Origin: Candidatus Oxydemutatoraceae bacterium
GTDB lineage: Bacteria; Pseudomonadota; Gammaproteobacteria; Poriferisulfidales; Oxydemutatoraceae
Assembly (NCBI GenBank): GCA_965219575.1
Contig: OZ244779.1
Location: forward strand, 1,676,769-1,740,768
Length of the DNA: 64,000 bases
Direction: 5' to 3'
In this document: piece by piece, positions 10,000 to 23,200 of the stretch
Position numbering within the stretch: position 1 is the first letter of the stretch
Layout of the letters: each line of letters begins with the position of its first letter
Program-made: the position numbers and the translations under genes
The notes under the pieces: generated by a model
Databases searched by the model: none
Seen by the model: the letters and a program-made list of their open reading frames with translations, nothing else
What the model was told of the DNA's origin: nothing

Positions 10000-10211
10000 T
10001 TTTAGCCTCTTCAGTTGAATTATAAGAAAGAGCCTGCTTTATAGCAAGCCGTCTAATCGTAATCGGATTATAAATTCGGCTATAGGGTGCTTTTTCGCGT
10101 TTCCGATGAACAGCACTAAAAAAATGGATGAATGGTAAAAGCTATTATGTACACTCGGTTTTGACTCCCATAAATCAATGAGAAAACGCGTTAATCGTGC
10201 AGACCCTCAGA

Positions 10212-10506
10212 GGCTGTTGAAAAAGTGTGGATATCGTATAAATCCAACCGCTGTGCGCCATTTAGTTTTGGTTTCCATAAATCGGGTGAATGAATGTATA
10301 AATCTTGCAGATACGACGGGGCTGTTGAAAAGTATCGTTGCACAACCGTAGCCGCTTGCGCCATGAATTTATGCAAACCACCGAGTCGTAGGGGCGGACT
10401 GGCATGTCCGCCCGAACACGCGTCATGTTTGCACGAACCCAACCGCTTGCGCCATTTGGTTTTGGTTTCCATAAATTGGATGAATGTATAAACTGTGCTG
10501 ATACGC
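10212..10506. mobile_element. Two partial copies of the MITE/REP element family
   Basis: ggctgttgaaaa ends at ~10212 and ~10320. REP hairpin gtaggggcggactggcatgtccgccc at ~10388. The conserved block aaccgcttgcgccattt.gttttggtttccataaat..gatgaatgtataaa occurs twice. Confidence 0.65.
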
Positions 10507-11260
10507 AGCAACCACCCCGTCAGGCTGAATAGAACCGCCGATTGAACCGGTAGGTCAATCGGCAACTCTGATGTCTGCCCTTAAGTACCGTTCTGCACGA
10601 CACCAACCACTTGCGCCATTTTGTTTTGGTTTCCATAAATTGGATGGATGAATGTATAAATCGTGTAGGCACAACGCGTTACGGGCGGACATGTTAGTCC
10701 GCCCCTACAGGTGGGTTGGATAATTATGCGGCGCAAGCGGTTACGGTTTTGCAGAACAGTATTTTTTCAACAGTCCCCCTTAGCAACCACCCCGTCAGGC
10801 TGAATAGAACCGCCGATTGAACCGGTAGGTCAATCGGCAACTCTGATGTCTGCCCTTAAGTACCGTTCTGCACGACACCAACCACTTGCGCCATTTTGTT
10901 TTGGTTTCCATAAATTGGATGGATGAATGTATAAATCGTGTAGGCACAACGCGTTACGGGCGGACATGTTAGTCCGCCCCTACAGGTGGGTTGGATAATT
11001 ATGCGGCGCAAGCGGTTACGGTTTTGCAGAACAGTATTTTTTCAACAGTCCCCCTTAGCGACCACCCCGTCAGGCTGAATAGAACCGCCGATTGAACCGG
11101 TAGGTCAATCGGCAACTCTGATGTCTGCCCTTAAGTACCGTTCTGCACGACACCAACCGCTTGCGCCATTTGGTTTTGGTTTCCATAAACTGGATGAATA
11201 AATGTATAAATCGTGCCGGCAAACGCGTTGTTACGGGCGGACATACAAGTCCGCCCCTAC
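10507..11260. repeat. 275-bp tandem repeat (two apparently identical units plus a diverged partial third) built from MITE/REP parts
   Basis: Units start at 10507, 10782 and 11057 (agc[a/g]accaccccgtcaggctgaatag). Each has a ccgattga/tcaatcgg hairpin and a REP hairpin gggcggac-N6-gtccgcccctac. The two full units end in a TIR-like ttttttcaacagtccc. Confidence 0.92.
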
Positions 11261-11272
11261 GACTTGGCGGTA

Positions 11273-14200
11273 CTACTGGAGAGGGCCTTCTAAAAAGACT
11301 TTGGCGCGGATGCGTATCGCATCCGTCGCCGAGACTCGCGACAGAGTCACGGTATAGGGTCGGCTATCCCCACTCTGTGCGGTCACCTCTATGGTAATAT
11401 CTCTGCTCATTCCGGGATCAATAGAAACCCTGAGGCTTGCCGATTGCATTGCGCGACCCGAGTCTATCGTTCCGTCTCGGATCACCAGTACTGTATTTTC
11501 GGCGTTGACCGTCGCAGTGAGCGTTGTACCGGCTATGTCGTTAGGCAACTCTACGGTGTAGTTGATGCGTTGGCTTTCCGAGGTCTCGTCAAATATAAAT
11601 TCCGGCACTACACCTTGAGATGTACTTAGCATACTCAACCTCGTATCTTGATTTTGCTCGCGGTCGATAGTCACGGTATAGGCTTTAGTCGTCTGTCGGT
11701 CTTCGGCAAGCACGACAATTCTAGCTACCCTAGTCTGGCCTTCGTTCAACGAGAAAGGGTCATCAATATTTGCCGATTGCATGTTTATCATAAAGCTCAT
11801 AATTTCGGCAATGGGATGTTCACGTTCCGCTTGTACTCTAATATTCCGTATCTTATCACCGACTATCGGGTTAGGAATCGTATAGACATAGTTGGCACTC
11901 GTCGCCAGGTTGTCGAATTCGATAAGTGGACCTGCTCCCGAAGCGGGCAGGATATTCAAAGTTTGCAAGTTGGCATTATTGCTCACCTCGCGAGTCGCAC
12001 GCACTACATAGTTACTCGTCGTCACACCCGGTGCGCTAAGTGCCACGACAATCTCTCTAGTCTCTCTCGTCCGTTCTACGGGAAACGGAATCGTAGCACT
12101 CCCGTCGGTTAAGTTTTGCAATCGGCGGTCGACCGATATCGTATATGTAGTGTTGCTTTCGCCGTCCGGCAATACCGGACTCACAACCAGATTCCCACCC
12201 TCGCTTGCCACTGCTACCTCATAGCTTCTCACCGAAGCATCAAAATTATAAGGATCATCCGAACTAAGTCCGGTCAAATCTAGACTCTGCAGGGTTAACG
12301 GACGGAATATATTGACGGTATAGGTCGCTTCGGTAAAGCCGTCGAGAGTGCTATCAGTGCGTCTTACAACGAGGGTGATTCGGTTCTCACCTCTTGCCAG
12401 CGGAATAGCTAGAGAAATAGAGACAGTGGCATTTGCATTCAGCGACACAGTATCACGATTCAAAGTATAGTTGAAGGAGTTACTACCTATGCGAATACTC
12501 CGAATACGCACCCCGTCGATATCCACCGATGCCGTTGCCGTAGTGGCTACGATATCCCCACCCGAGAGTGTGCCTATGTATTCGGTTCCCGAATCGTCTT
12601 CGGGGTCTTCGGTTAAGGTGATACCGGACATTTGAAGCATAAACCCTAGCGCAGCTCTATCGACTGGCGAGTCGCGATAGAGCGTCACGGTATAAGTCTG
12701 CGTACTGCCGCTCTGTGCGGTCACATCTACGGTGACCGATTTACGCGCACCGGGGTCGACCTCAACTCTCAAACTCGGTCCCAGCGAGATAAGGTTTCCT
12801 TCTCCGTCTCTGATTGACAATTTTGCATTTGCAGCGTTGACCGTCGCAGTGAGCGTCGTACCGGCTATGTCGTTAGGCAACTCTACGGTGTAGTCGGTGC
12901 GTTGGCTTGCCGAACGCTCGTTGAATACGAATGTCGGTGCCAATGAACCCGGTGATACACCGAGCGTCCTCAGTCTCGTATCTTGATTTTGCTCGCGGTC
13001 GATAGTCACGGTATAGGCTTTAGTCGTCTGTCGGTCTTCGGCAAGCACGACAATTCTAGCTACCCTAGTCTGGCCTTCGTTCAACGAGAAAGGGTCATCA
13101 ATATTTGCCGATTGCATGTTTATCATAAAGCTCATAATTTCGGCATTGGGATGTTCACGTTCCGCTTGTACTCTAATATTCCGTATCTTATCACCGACTA
13201 TCGGGTTAGGAATCGTATAGACATAGTTGGCACTCGTCGCCAGGTTGTCGAATTCGATAAGTGGACCTGCTCCCGAAGCGGGCAGGATATTCAAAGTTTG
13301 CAAGTTGGCATTATCGCTCGCCTCGCGGGTCGCACGCACCACATAGTTACTCGTCGTCGCACCCGGTGCTACGAGTGCTACGGTAATGTCCTTAGTTTCA
13401 TTGACATTGAATGGAATTGTAGCACTTCCGTTAGCGGCTTGTGTCACCTCCTCGTCGGCATCAAATATCGTATATTCTACGATACCGTTATCTCTATCGA
13501 GCAGTACCGGACTCACGACCAGATTGTCGCTATCGCGTGCCACCGTCACCGTATAGTTGCGGGTAAAGGCATCAAAACGATAAGGGTCATCGTCGCTAAG
13601 CCCGTCCAAACCTAGTGTCTGCAAAATCAGCGGACGAATGACGGTTGCGGTATAGGTCGCTTCGGTATAACCGTCCTCGGTGCTATCGGTGCGTCTTAGG
13701 ACGAGAGTGATGCGGTTGGCACCTCGCTGCAATGGAATAGCCTTGGAAATAGGAGCAGAAGCTGCATTTGCGCTTAAATCTACCGGATTATCGTTCAAGA
13801 TATAGTCGGTGCCACCCAAAAGGATGCTCCGAATACTTACACCGGCGGCGGTCGCCGCTGCCGACGCTACGGTTTCGGTCGCGGTGCTGATCAGTTCGCC
13901 GCGATATTCGGTTTCGGAGTCACCCTCCGGATCAAGTTCCACATCGCTCATTCGAAGCATAAACCCTAAGGCACTTCGGGTCACCGATGCGGCTCGGGAT
14001 ATCACCACGGTATAAGTTGTGATTGTTCGATCCTGTGCGGTTGCCGAGATGGTAATGTCTTTGCTCATTCCGCGATTAACCGGAACCGTTAGGCTTGCCG
14101 ATTGCATTGCGCGACCCGAGTTTCTCATTCCGTCTCGGATCACCAGTGTTGCGTTCGCATTGGCGGCGGTTGCACTCAGTTCAACATCTTCGGTGTCGTT

Positions 14201-17200
14201 AGGCAACTCTACGCTATATTTTCTAACCTCTTGAGTTGCCGTCGAAGGGTCAAAGTCGAATTGCGGCATTAATTGACCCGACGATACCGCTAGCGTACTC
14301 AGCCGGGTATCTCGGCTCGGTGCCCGCACGATAGTCACCGTATAGGTTTTCTGCACGCTACGCTGTTGTGCGGTCACCACAATTCGGGCGCGCTTAGTCT
14401 CACCTTCGGCTAGAGAAATGTTCTCATTTATCCTATTGACACCCATAACTCTTGGGGGGGTGTCTTCGCCTATCGTAAGACTTAGCGTCGCATCGGGATG
14501 TGCGGCTTGCGCTTGCAGACTAACACTCGTTATCTTGTCACCGACGATCGGGTTGGAAATTCTATACTCGTAGCTATCACGCATTGCCAAATTTTCAAAG
14601 CCGGTAGGCGCACCTCGGTTCGGCACGATATCCAAAGCACTCAAGTCGGCATTGCGACTGATTTCTCGGGTCGCACGCACCGTGTAGCTATTCGTCACTC
14701 CGTTCTCTGCTTCAACAATGACGGTAATGACTTTCGGCTCTCCGGCGACGAGCGCAATTGAAGCCGCACCTGATTCTAAATCCTCCGCCGCTATCTCGGT
14801 GTTTTCGTCGCGGATCGTATACACGACATTATTACTTTGATCTATACCGGACAATACGGGTCTCACAACGAGGCGTTTATTCTCGTTTGCAATCGTGACC
14901 GTATAGCTACGCGTAGAGGAACCGAAACGATAAGGATCATCGGTCCTAAGTCCGGTCAGACGCAAATCCTCCAAAATCACCGGACGAATATCGGTTACGG
15001 TATAGCGTCGGGTGGTCTCACCGGCTTCTGCGGTTACGACGATTTCAATCGTATTTTCTCCGTAAGCTCGGGTAATATCGTATGTGTTAGTAGGATTGGG
15101 GGTAAACAATCTACCGCCGGGATTATCAATGTCGCGGTTGCGTTGCCTAACTTCAATCTGTTGCCCGCGTTGGATATTCACACCCAGCACAAAGTTGTTT
15201 CCGCTAAGGTCTTCTATCTCGTAATCCTCTACATTGCCGGCAAAGTTCGGATTTAAGCGACCGGGTGACAATACAATATCATTCAATTCGGCTTCGGTGT
15301 TTCTGAGGGTTATCAGCACGATATAGTCTTGGGTGGTCCGTCGATCTTGTGCGGTCACGACGATGGTAATCGTCGTCGTCCGATCCTCGGTCACCGCGAT
15401 CAGCGAACTCTGTCCACTCTCGGCTATGACTTCGCCGCGATCGCGCCCCGGTGCAAAAACTTCCACTTTATCTACATAGGGCTGTGCGGTCGGTCTCACT
15501 CTAACACCGGTCACACTATCGCTGAACGATGCCGAATATCGACCGCCATTGCGCACGCTATCAAAAATCACCAACGACGCAACCTCAAACGACGATTGCG
15601 GCAATAATTCCAATGCCGACAAACGCGCATCGGTACTGGGTGCCCGATCTACCGTCAAGGTGTAATCCGCGCGGTCGTCTTCGCTACCGGATTGTGCGGT
15701 TATCGTAATTCGCAATACCATGCGGTCGCCGGGATCGTCTAAGGTGATGCGTGCTTGTGCTACACCCACTGCCCTTCCGACCTCCGTATTGCTTGCATCG
15801 GTAATCACCACCGTTGCAAATTCGTCGCCGGCGGTCACGGTTACGATGCTACTCGTCGTCGCTTGGTTTAAGGTCGCGTTATAGGTTCCGTCACCGTTAT
15901 CTACGACCGATGCATCAACCACAGTAATATCTGCCAAGCTCGCATCGCTACTCGGGTCACGACTTAGCTCCAAGGTATAGCGTTCGATCGTCTCACTATC
16001 CTGCGCAGTCACTACGATGATCAGGGTTTGGGAGGTACCGGTATCGGCAATGGTCACTTGCCTGCCGAGCATGTTGCGAGCGGAATTCGTCTCTCCGTCC
16101 AAAGTGATTGCCACAGTCGCTTGCGAATGGGTCGTTGTCACGGTCACGGTCGTATTCGATGTGTTTTCGTCTAGGCTCCTACGGTAAATCCCGTCTCTAC
16201 CCACCGTTATAGTATCGCCACCGACAATGACACTTGCCAAACTCGCATCCGCACTGCTCACCCGAATTATCCGTAGGCTATAGGTCGCAGATGTAGTCTG
16301 ATTTTCGGCAATCACTTTGATCGCTATGGTTCGCTCCGGTGTATCCAAGTCGGCGCGCAGCGTGATGAGCTTATCGGGCATAGATTCCGGCGTACCGCCG
16401 TCTATACTAACCGTCGCCTCTCCGTCTTCGGCACGCGGCGATACCACGATTCGCATTATGTCTTGAACCTCAAGCCCGGCTATCCCCATGATACGCGCCG
16501 AGTAGGTTCTCTCTCCTTCTTCGTCGGGTGATGTCAATGTAAGCAGACGACGCATATTGTTATCCAACGAAAGCGCAATGCTCGCTAAGTTTGCATTGCT
16601 ACGGTCGGCTTCGGCGCGGGTCACGGCTACGGTATAACCTCGGGTCGTGCTGTCGTCCTGGGAGCTGACCGTGATGCGAATGAGTTTTTCTATTTCCGGC
16701 ACCGTCAAATCAAAGGCCCTGTCAATCGTGCCGGTTGCGACCTCCTCTTTACCGTCTATGACCACTTCGATTCTCGCACGCGGATGGGCTTCGGCAATCA
16801 CCCGAGTGCCGGTGGTGGCATTCGGAACCGCAAAGCTATAGACCTGTGTTCTGCTCGTAGGATCAAAGCCCGGCAGTAGGTTTGCATCGTTTGCATCCAG
16901 CAACCGTAAATCTCTCAAATCGGCATCCGAACTCTCGGCGCGGTTTATGGTCACGGTATAAGTCTCGCTCGTCGCACCGTTTTGTGCAGTCACCTCAATC
17001 CGAACTTGTGCCGAACCGCCTTCGTCTATGGATATAGGGATCGTGCTGTCGGCACCGCTTTGCACCCGTTCACCATCGGCATCCCCCGGTGCGTGTACAT
17101 CGATGACCGCTTGGCTGTTTTCGGCAGTCGGGCGAATCAATACTTGTGCCACCGAATTGGCTATATTGAAAGACGGTCGGGTCTCATTACATCCAATGTC

Positions 17201-20200
17201 CTCGTTCACCAACGATCGGCTATCGTCTGCGTCTAGAATTGCTATCGCATCCAGACAATCGTTAGTGCTTTGTGCGCGGGTGACGGTCAAAGTATGGTCT
17301 TTGAACACCTCACCGTTCTCCGCAATCACGCGGATCAGCAAGTCTCTACGGTCGCCGGTCTCGGCGAGGGTGATATCCACCATCCCCTGTTGTCTTGCAC
17401 TCACCAGCCGGGTATTGTTTTCGCTGATTGTCACCGTTGCTAATTGATCGCCGGCAACGGCGGTCACGGTCGCATTCATCACACTCTCGGCTACGGTTGT
17501 GCTATACATCGGTGGGTCGCCTTGCGGTATCAAGCTATCCGCACCCGGCGACACACGCAACGATGCCAAGTTTGCATTCGATCCCAGTATAATCCTTGCC
17601 GTCAACTTATAATCTTCGGTCATGCCGTTTTGCGCGGTCACGGTAATAGTAATCTCTCGTTGTGCCACCGCAATGTCGTTAAGACCCATTGGAACACCTA
17701 TCGGGATGTTGGTTTTCGTAGCAGTCCGACCACCGATTGCATCCGCGCCACCATTAATACTAATCGTCACCGTCGCACTGGAATGTGCTGCCGTCGCCGA
17801 CACCGAGAACGAGGTTACACTTCTGTCAATCACCGCAGTATATTCGCTATCGCTTCCCGAAACTGCGGTTGCCGTAGTCTCACCGACACCGGGGATGATG
17901 ATTATCGGTGCGCCACTCAAGCGGGTATCGGAACTGAGCGCGCGACTTATATTGAGTCTATAGCGGTTTATCGTTTCTCCGTCGGATGCGGTCACTTTAA
18001 CCTCAATCGTATTTCGACCGACACCTAAACGCAGGCTCGTATCGAGACATTCAATCGGGGAGTCGCTCTCGGCACCGGCAACTTTGCTAATCTCGACAGT
18101 CGCCTCGCCGTATTGATCATCCTGTAGTGCTTGTACTAAAATACAATCTATTGCACTTTCAACAGTGGGAAGCGTGTACTCCAGTGTGTCGGACATAAAA
18201 TCGCTCACACCTAAGGATCGAGAGGGTCTCTCTTCCGAAGTGGAAGACAGTGTGTAGAGTATACTTCGCAACCTGGCATTTTTACTCGACAGCCGATCGA
18301 CAGTCAACTTATAGGTTTGCGATGTGACTCCGTCGTGAGCAATTATTTTCAATTCTATTTCGTTTTCACCTATGACAAAAAGCGGTTCGCTTTCGGGTCG
18401 ATCTCTGGTAACCGAACCCGTCTCCAGTCCGCTTAAACTCAACGGTATACCGTTCCATAGAATGGCGGTGATTTTGGTGTCCTGCGGTGTCACCCTCAAG
18501 CTGACGGTTCTTTGATCGTTGGCAACCTCGACGGTATAGTTCTGTGTCGTCGGGTTAAACACACTTAGCACATTGATATCGTCGTCGTTCAGCACTTGCA
18601 AGTCTTGCAATTCGGCATCGGTACTTCTGAGACGAGTAATCGTAAGCGTGGTAGCTTGTTGTGTTCCCAATGCCGAAGTGGCGATCACCATCGTATTGTC
18701 GTCGTAGTTCAACGGCACCGATACGATTTTCTCTATCCTATCGGCAAGCACTCGGGTATCGGTCGTAGTCGGTGCAATGTCCGCTCTCAGTTCGGACACG
18801 ACTTGCAGATCGGTTGCGAATGTCACCCTAACTTGCGATGTCTCGGTGGGAACGACTGCGGTATAAATGTGCTGCGTAGAAGCGAATGTCGGCACCAAGG
18901 TGACCGTAGTCGCCGGTGCATAAGTCAATACCAAGTCCTGCAAATCCAAGCTGTATTCACGCACAACGACGAGCGTATAAACGGTGTCGGTTTCACGCGG
19001 TGCCTGCACTCTAAGTGTTATCGTGTTATTGCCGATATTCAGCGGTGAACTATCAACCCGATTACCGTCGACCTCCACATCGTTGACGAGCACCGTGGTT
19101 CCCTCTTTGCGCTCGAATTCTATGGTCTCGGAACCCCGCTCGTTGGCGATGGTCGCAAAATATCGGGGCACTTCGGGATCGAATTCTCTGCCGAAGTCGG
19201 TCCCCGCCAATCTTAGACTTCTCAATCGGGTATTGTATCGACGCCAAACATTTACGCTATACATGGCAACTTCCGGGTCCGCGAATGACCCGCCCGGTGC
19301 CGTCACCGTGAACGCAATGCCGTTTTCTCCCAAAGCCAAGCCACCGATCGTTGCTTGCGCAACCAGCAAGCCGGCTTGCGTCGAGGTCGTAATCTCACCG
19401 ACCGTATTGCCGTCGGATGCGATAACAATATCCACCAACTCGTTGACGCTCGCAATCACCGTGATGGTGCTTATCGCGTTGGGAATATCCGGTCGCATCC
19501 GTAGATCGGCACCCAAATCTCTGATCTCGGTGCCGTCCTCACCTTGCCATTCAACGCGCCAGCCTCGTATCGCAACATCGTAGCCACGAAAGACCGTATA
19601 GGTTCGGGTGCTGGTGTCGTCTTCACCCTGCGATACGATAGTGATTTCGTTGTCGCCGTATTCCAAATCCAGGGTTGTTGCAATTTCATCGGCAAGCGGC
19701 ACACCGTTCACCGAGATTGCGCCGCCGATTGCCGTCACACCGAGGTGCTCGACTTCGGTCGGCACGCGATAGTTTCGCACCTCAAAGTCGAAGTCCGGCG
19801 ATAAATCGTCGGCAGCCAATTCCACGAAGATAAAGCCTTCGGTATCGGCAACCAGTGTCTCTCTCAGCACCAATCCGGTAGATGCTCGTTGCGGTGGAGA
19901 TGCAATCGTCCGGCTATAACCTTGCCCGTCTGTGTAGCTCACCACCACTCTGTAATGATCGGCAACCTCGCCGACGACGGTATAGCCGATACCGTTCGCA
20001 TTATTAATGTCCGTCCAGTTGCCTCCCGATCGTTGCTGCCACCGGTATGCGACAGCGCGAGGATCGCCGGCACCGTCGGGGTCTTCCGCGAGCTTGTCTC
20101 TATCCAGTGTCGGGGCGGTATAAGTAAAGCCTACCTGTGTCGGTGTCGTGATGCCGTCTATTGTGCCGTTATCGTACTTTGCCACACTAAACGAGCGTGC

Positions 20201-23200
20201 TTGAATCACGGTTTCCCCGACGCCATCGTCGACCGCCAACGCTACATTGACCGTCTCGGCGCTTTGATCGGCAGCGATGAAATCGTCGCGCAGATAGAAC
20301 GACAGCGTAGCACGACCCGAACCACCTGAAACGCGACCGGCGAGCATGGTGCGGTCTAAAAGCCTCACTTGCGTTTCATCCGCCGTCCATCGATAGCGCA
20401 GATTACCGCCGTCGGCATCCGAAAGCTCGCTGCTCAGCGTAATGAAATGCCCCTCTCTGATCGGCACCGAAGTGCTTAACGGCTCACCGCGCTCATCCAT
20501 TGCTGCGCGCACCGCAATCGCACTTGCTTCGGGGAATGTATTAAAGCTAATGCGATATTCCACATCCAAATTCTCCTTGCCGCCGATCTCGTAAGGTTCG
20601 GATATCACGATGCGCACCCGCGTCGCGGTAGTAACATCGCCGCTCAAAGAATAACTCGCCGAACCGATCGACGGCGGTGCATCGTTTATCTTGATAATGC
20701 CGGCGGGATTGTATGCGTCGGCAACGATACGAATTTCGGCACTGCGATCCCGCACCGACACGGTAATTTCGTCAACCGCCGCACGATTAAAATCATCCTT
20801 GAATGTTGCCACCCTCGGCATCGACGATAATTCCGGCTGCGCTAGCGCACCGATTTGACCGATTTGTAAATCTTGCAAGCCCAGGCGTTGGCGCGGTAGC
20901 ACGGCACCACAATTCACCGACGGTGTGCCGCCGGCACAGCTGCCGTCGTTATATTTGAGGACCGGGTATTGCTCGATGGTGCCGAAATCCCAACGCTCGG
21001 TGCTCCAGTTGCGGTACGGGTGGGCATTACTTGACCTCGATGATTTCAGGACTTCGGAATTAAAGCCGCGTAAACTCCCGAAACGCGAACCTGCGGATTG
21101 ACCACTGCGTTCAATATCCCAATAATTTCCGATGAGATTAGGACCGAAATCTAACCTTATAAATCCTCTATCGTTCGTCGGATTCCCCGAGACGCGGGCG
21201 ATTGAATAGTTGTCGATGATTTGGCCGGAGGCTCGATAAATACCGATGAAGCCACCTTTCCTCGCCGCACCGACAACCGAACCGGCTGCATAACTGTCCC
21301 TAACAATTGTCGAACGACCAACCTCGAAATAGCCTAGAAAGCCACCGACTTGATTAAAATCACTGTCCCCACCTCTTGCCGTTACCGCAGCGAATGTATA
21401 ATTGTTGGCGATAACCTTGCTATCCGGTCTATTAATAGCATCATCATCAATAAGCCGTCCGATCAAACCGCCGACAATGTCGTCTGCCGATACGCGCCCG
21501 GTTGAATGGCTATTGTCGATCGCCGTATTATTAACATTGCCTATCAAGCCACCGACAGTGTTATCTCCGTTGACATCACCGATGGCATAGCTGTTGCTAA
21601 TCGTTGCATTTGCGGCATGGCCCACCAAACCGCCGATAAAGGTTGATCCATCGACATCACCTGCCGCATAGCTGTTGCTAATCCTGCCTCCAGAATCGCC
21701 GACTAGACCACCGGCTCTACTCCCTTCCCCTCGCACATCGCCCGTTGCATAACTATCGCGGATATTGCCGGACGACCTACCGACCAAGCCGCCGTTATAA
21801 CCTTGACCTGAATCATTGGTCACATTGCCCGTTGCATAACTATTCATAATCATCGTGTTACTGAGGCCGATGCCGACCAAGCCACCGATACCCGTACCTT
21901 GAGTAACGGTTATGCTACTACCCCCCTTTCTAACGACGGTGGCAGACGAAGCACCGTTTTCAATACGACCACCGCTTTCCAGCACACCGACCAAACCGCC
22001 GTTCGCTATGATGTCTCTTTGACCGGTAATATTGATATTCAGATTTATTGCCCCTGACGTACGACTATTGCCGATGGTTGCATTGGAAAAACTGACCAAG
22101 CCTCCGAGAACATTGGTTCCCGTCAATGTACAGTTTGCCGAACTATCGCTAATTTGGATGTTGGTCCCATTTGCTCTGCCGATCAAACAACCGCCGTCAT
22201 AATAAGTGCTAACCCTGCCACTCAATACATGGCTATCGGTGATGCTACGACCGCTGAACGAACCGACCAACGCACCGACATTATTGGAACCCGCTATGTC
22301 CACATCGGCTAAGCGCACACCTCTGATCTCGGCATTGCCGCTTGCTGCCGCAAATAAGCCCAAATTGACTTGACCGGCTTGCGAAGTACCGGCGAAACTC
22401 ACCGGTTGATTTATGCGTAGGTTGGATATCGTATAGCCGTTGCCTTCAAAAATAGCCGTGAAGCAGTTGCTGGTTGCATGGCTACAATCACCGATCTGAT
22501 TTTGTCTGTTAACCACCGTCCCGATCGGATCCCAGTTGTTATAGGTATCCGGAACATTGAAACTTCGATAACTGGACGCGTCGTCAAAATCCAAATCTCT
22601 GACCAATTCGTAACCTCTGCAGACATCGCCCGGACAGCCGCGGAACGATAACGCACTATTATCGGGATCTAGAAGCCTGGTGCCATCGGGCTGATTACGA
22701 ATTAAGTCTAATTGTTCTATAAAAAAGATATCTATCAAGCCGTCTCGGTCATGATCTACGATACGATCATCAAATGCCAGTCTGCCATTAATAACCGAGA
22801 CGATGGTATTGGAATACCCTTGGTTGTCGGTATAGGTCGTTGTCAACCGATACGATGCAAATATATTTCCAACTCGATAATAGGCACTATCAACACCTGT
22901 CGGAGAACCGTCTATCTCCCATTGATAGCTTATATCGGTGAACGGTCCACCGTCGGCATCGTTGATTTCGGAGGCAAAAATATAATTTGCGTTGGCAACA
23001 CCAAAGGGACCATCCACCCAACGCAACGCTGCCATCTCACCGTCGCGGTTGGTCTTGACCACATTGATGATGATATCCCGAGACGCAAATGCATCGGGAT
23101 TATTCCTTTTGACGACTTCCAGCCTGATAACCGCTTGCCCACTGACGGCTTCGGCAGCGAGCAGATCGTTGCGCACCGGCACCCTCAGCGTCCGCTCGAT

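Noticed and set aside
10507-11260. Possible CRISPR array
   Set aside because: The units are 275 bp and essentially identical, with no unique spacers and no cas genes in the window.
9082-11397. ORFs 9082-9309, 9142-9657, 9563-9955, 10191-10565, 10294-10491 and 11161-11397
   Set aside because: They are translations of the repeat elements or antisense to real genes, with no protein-like features.
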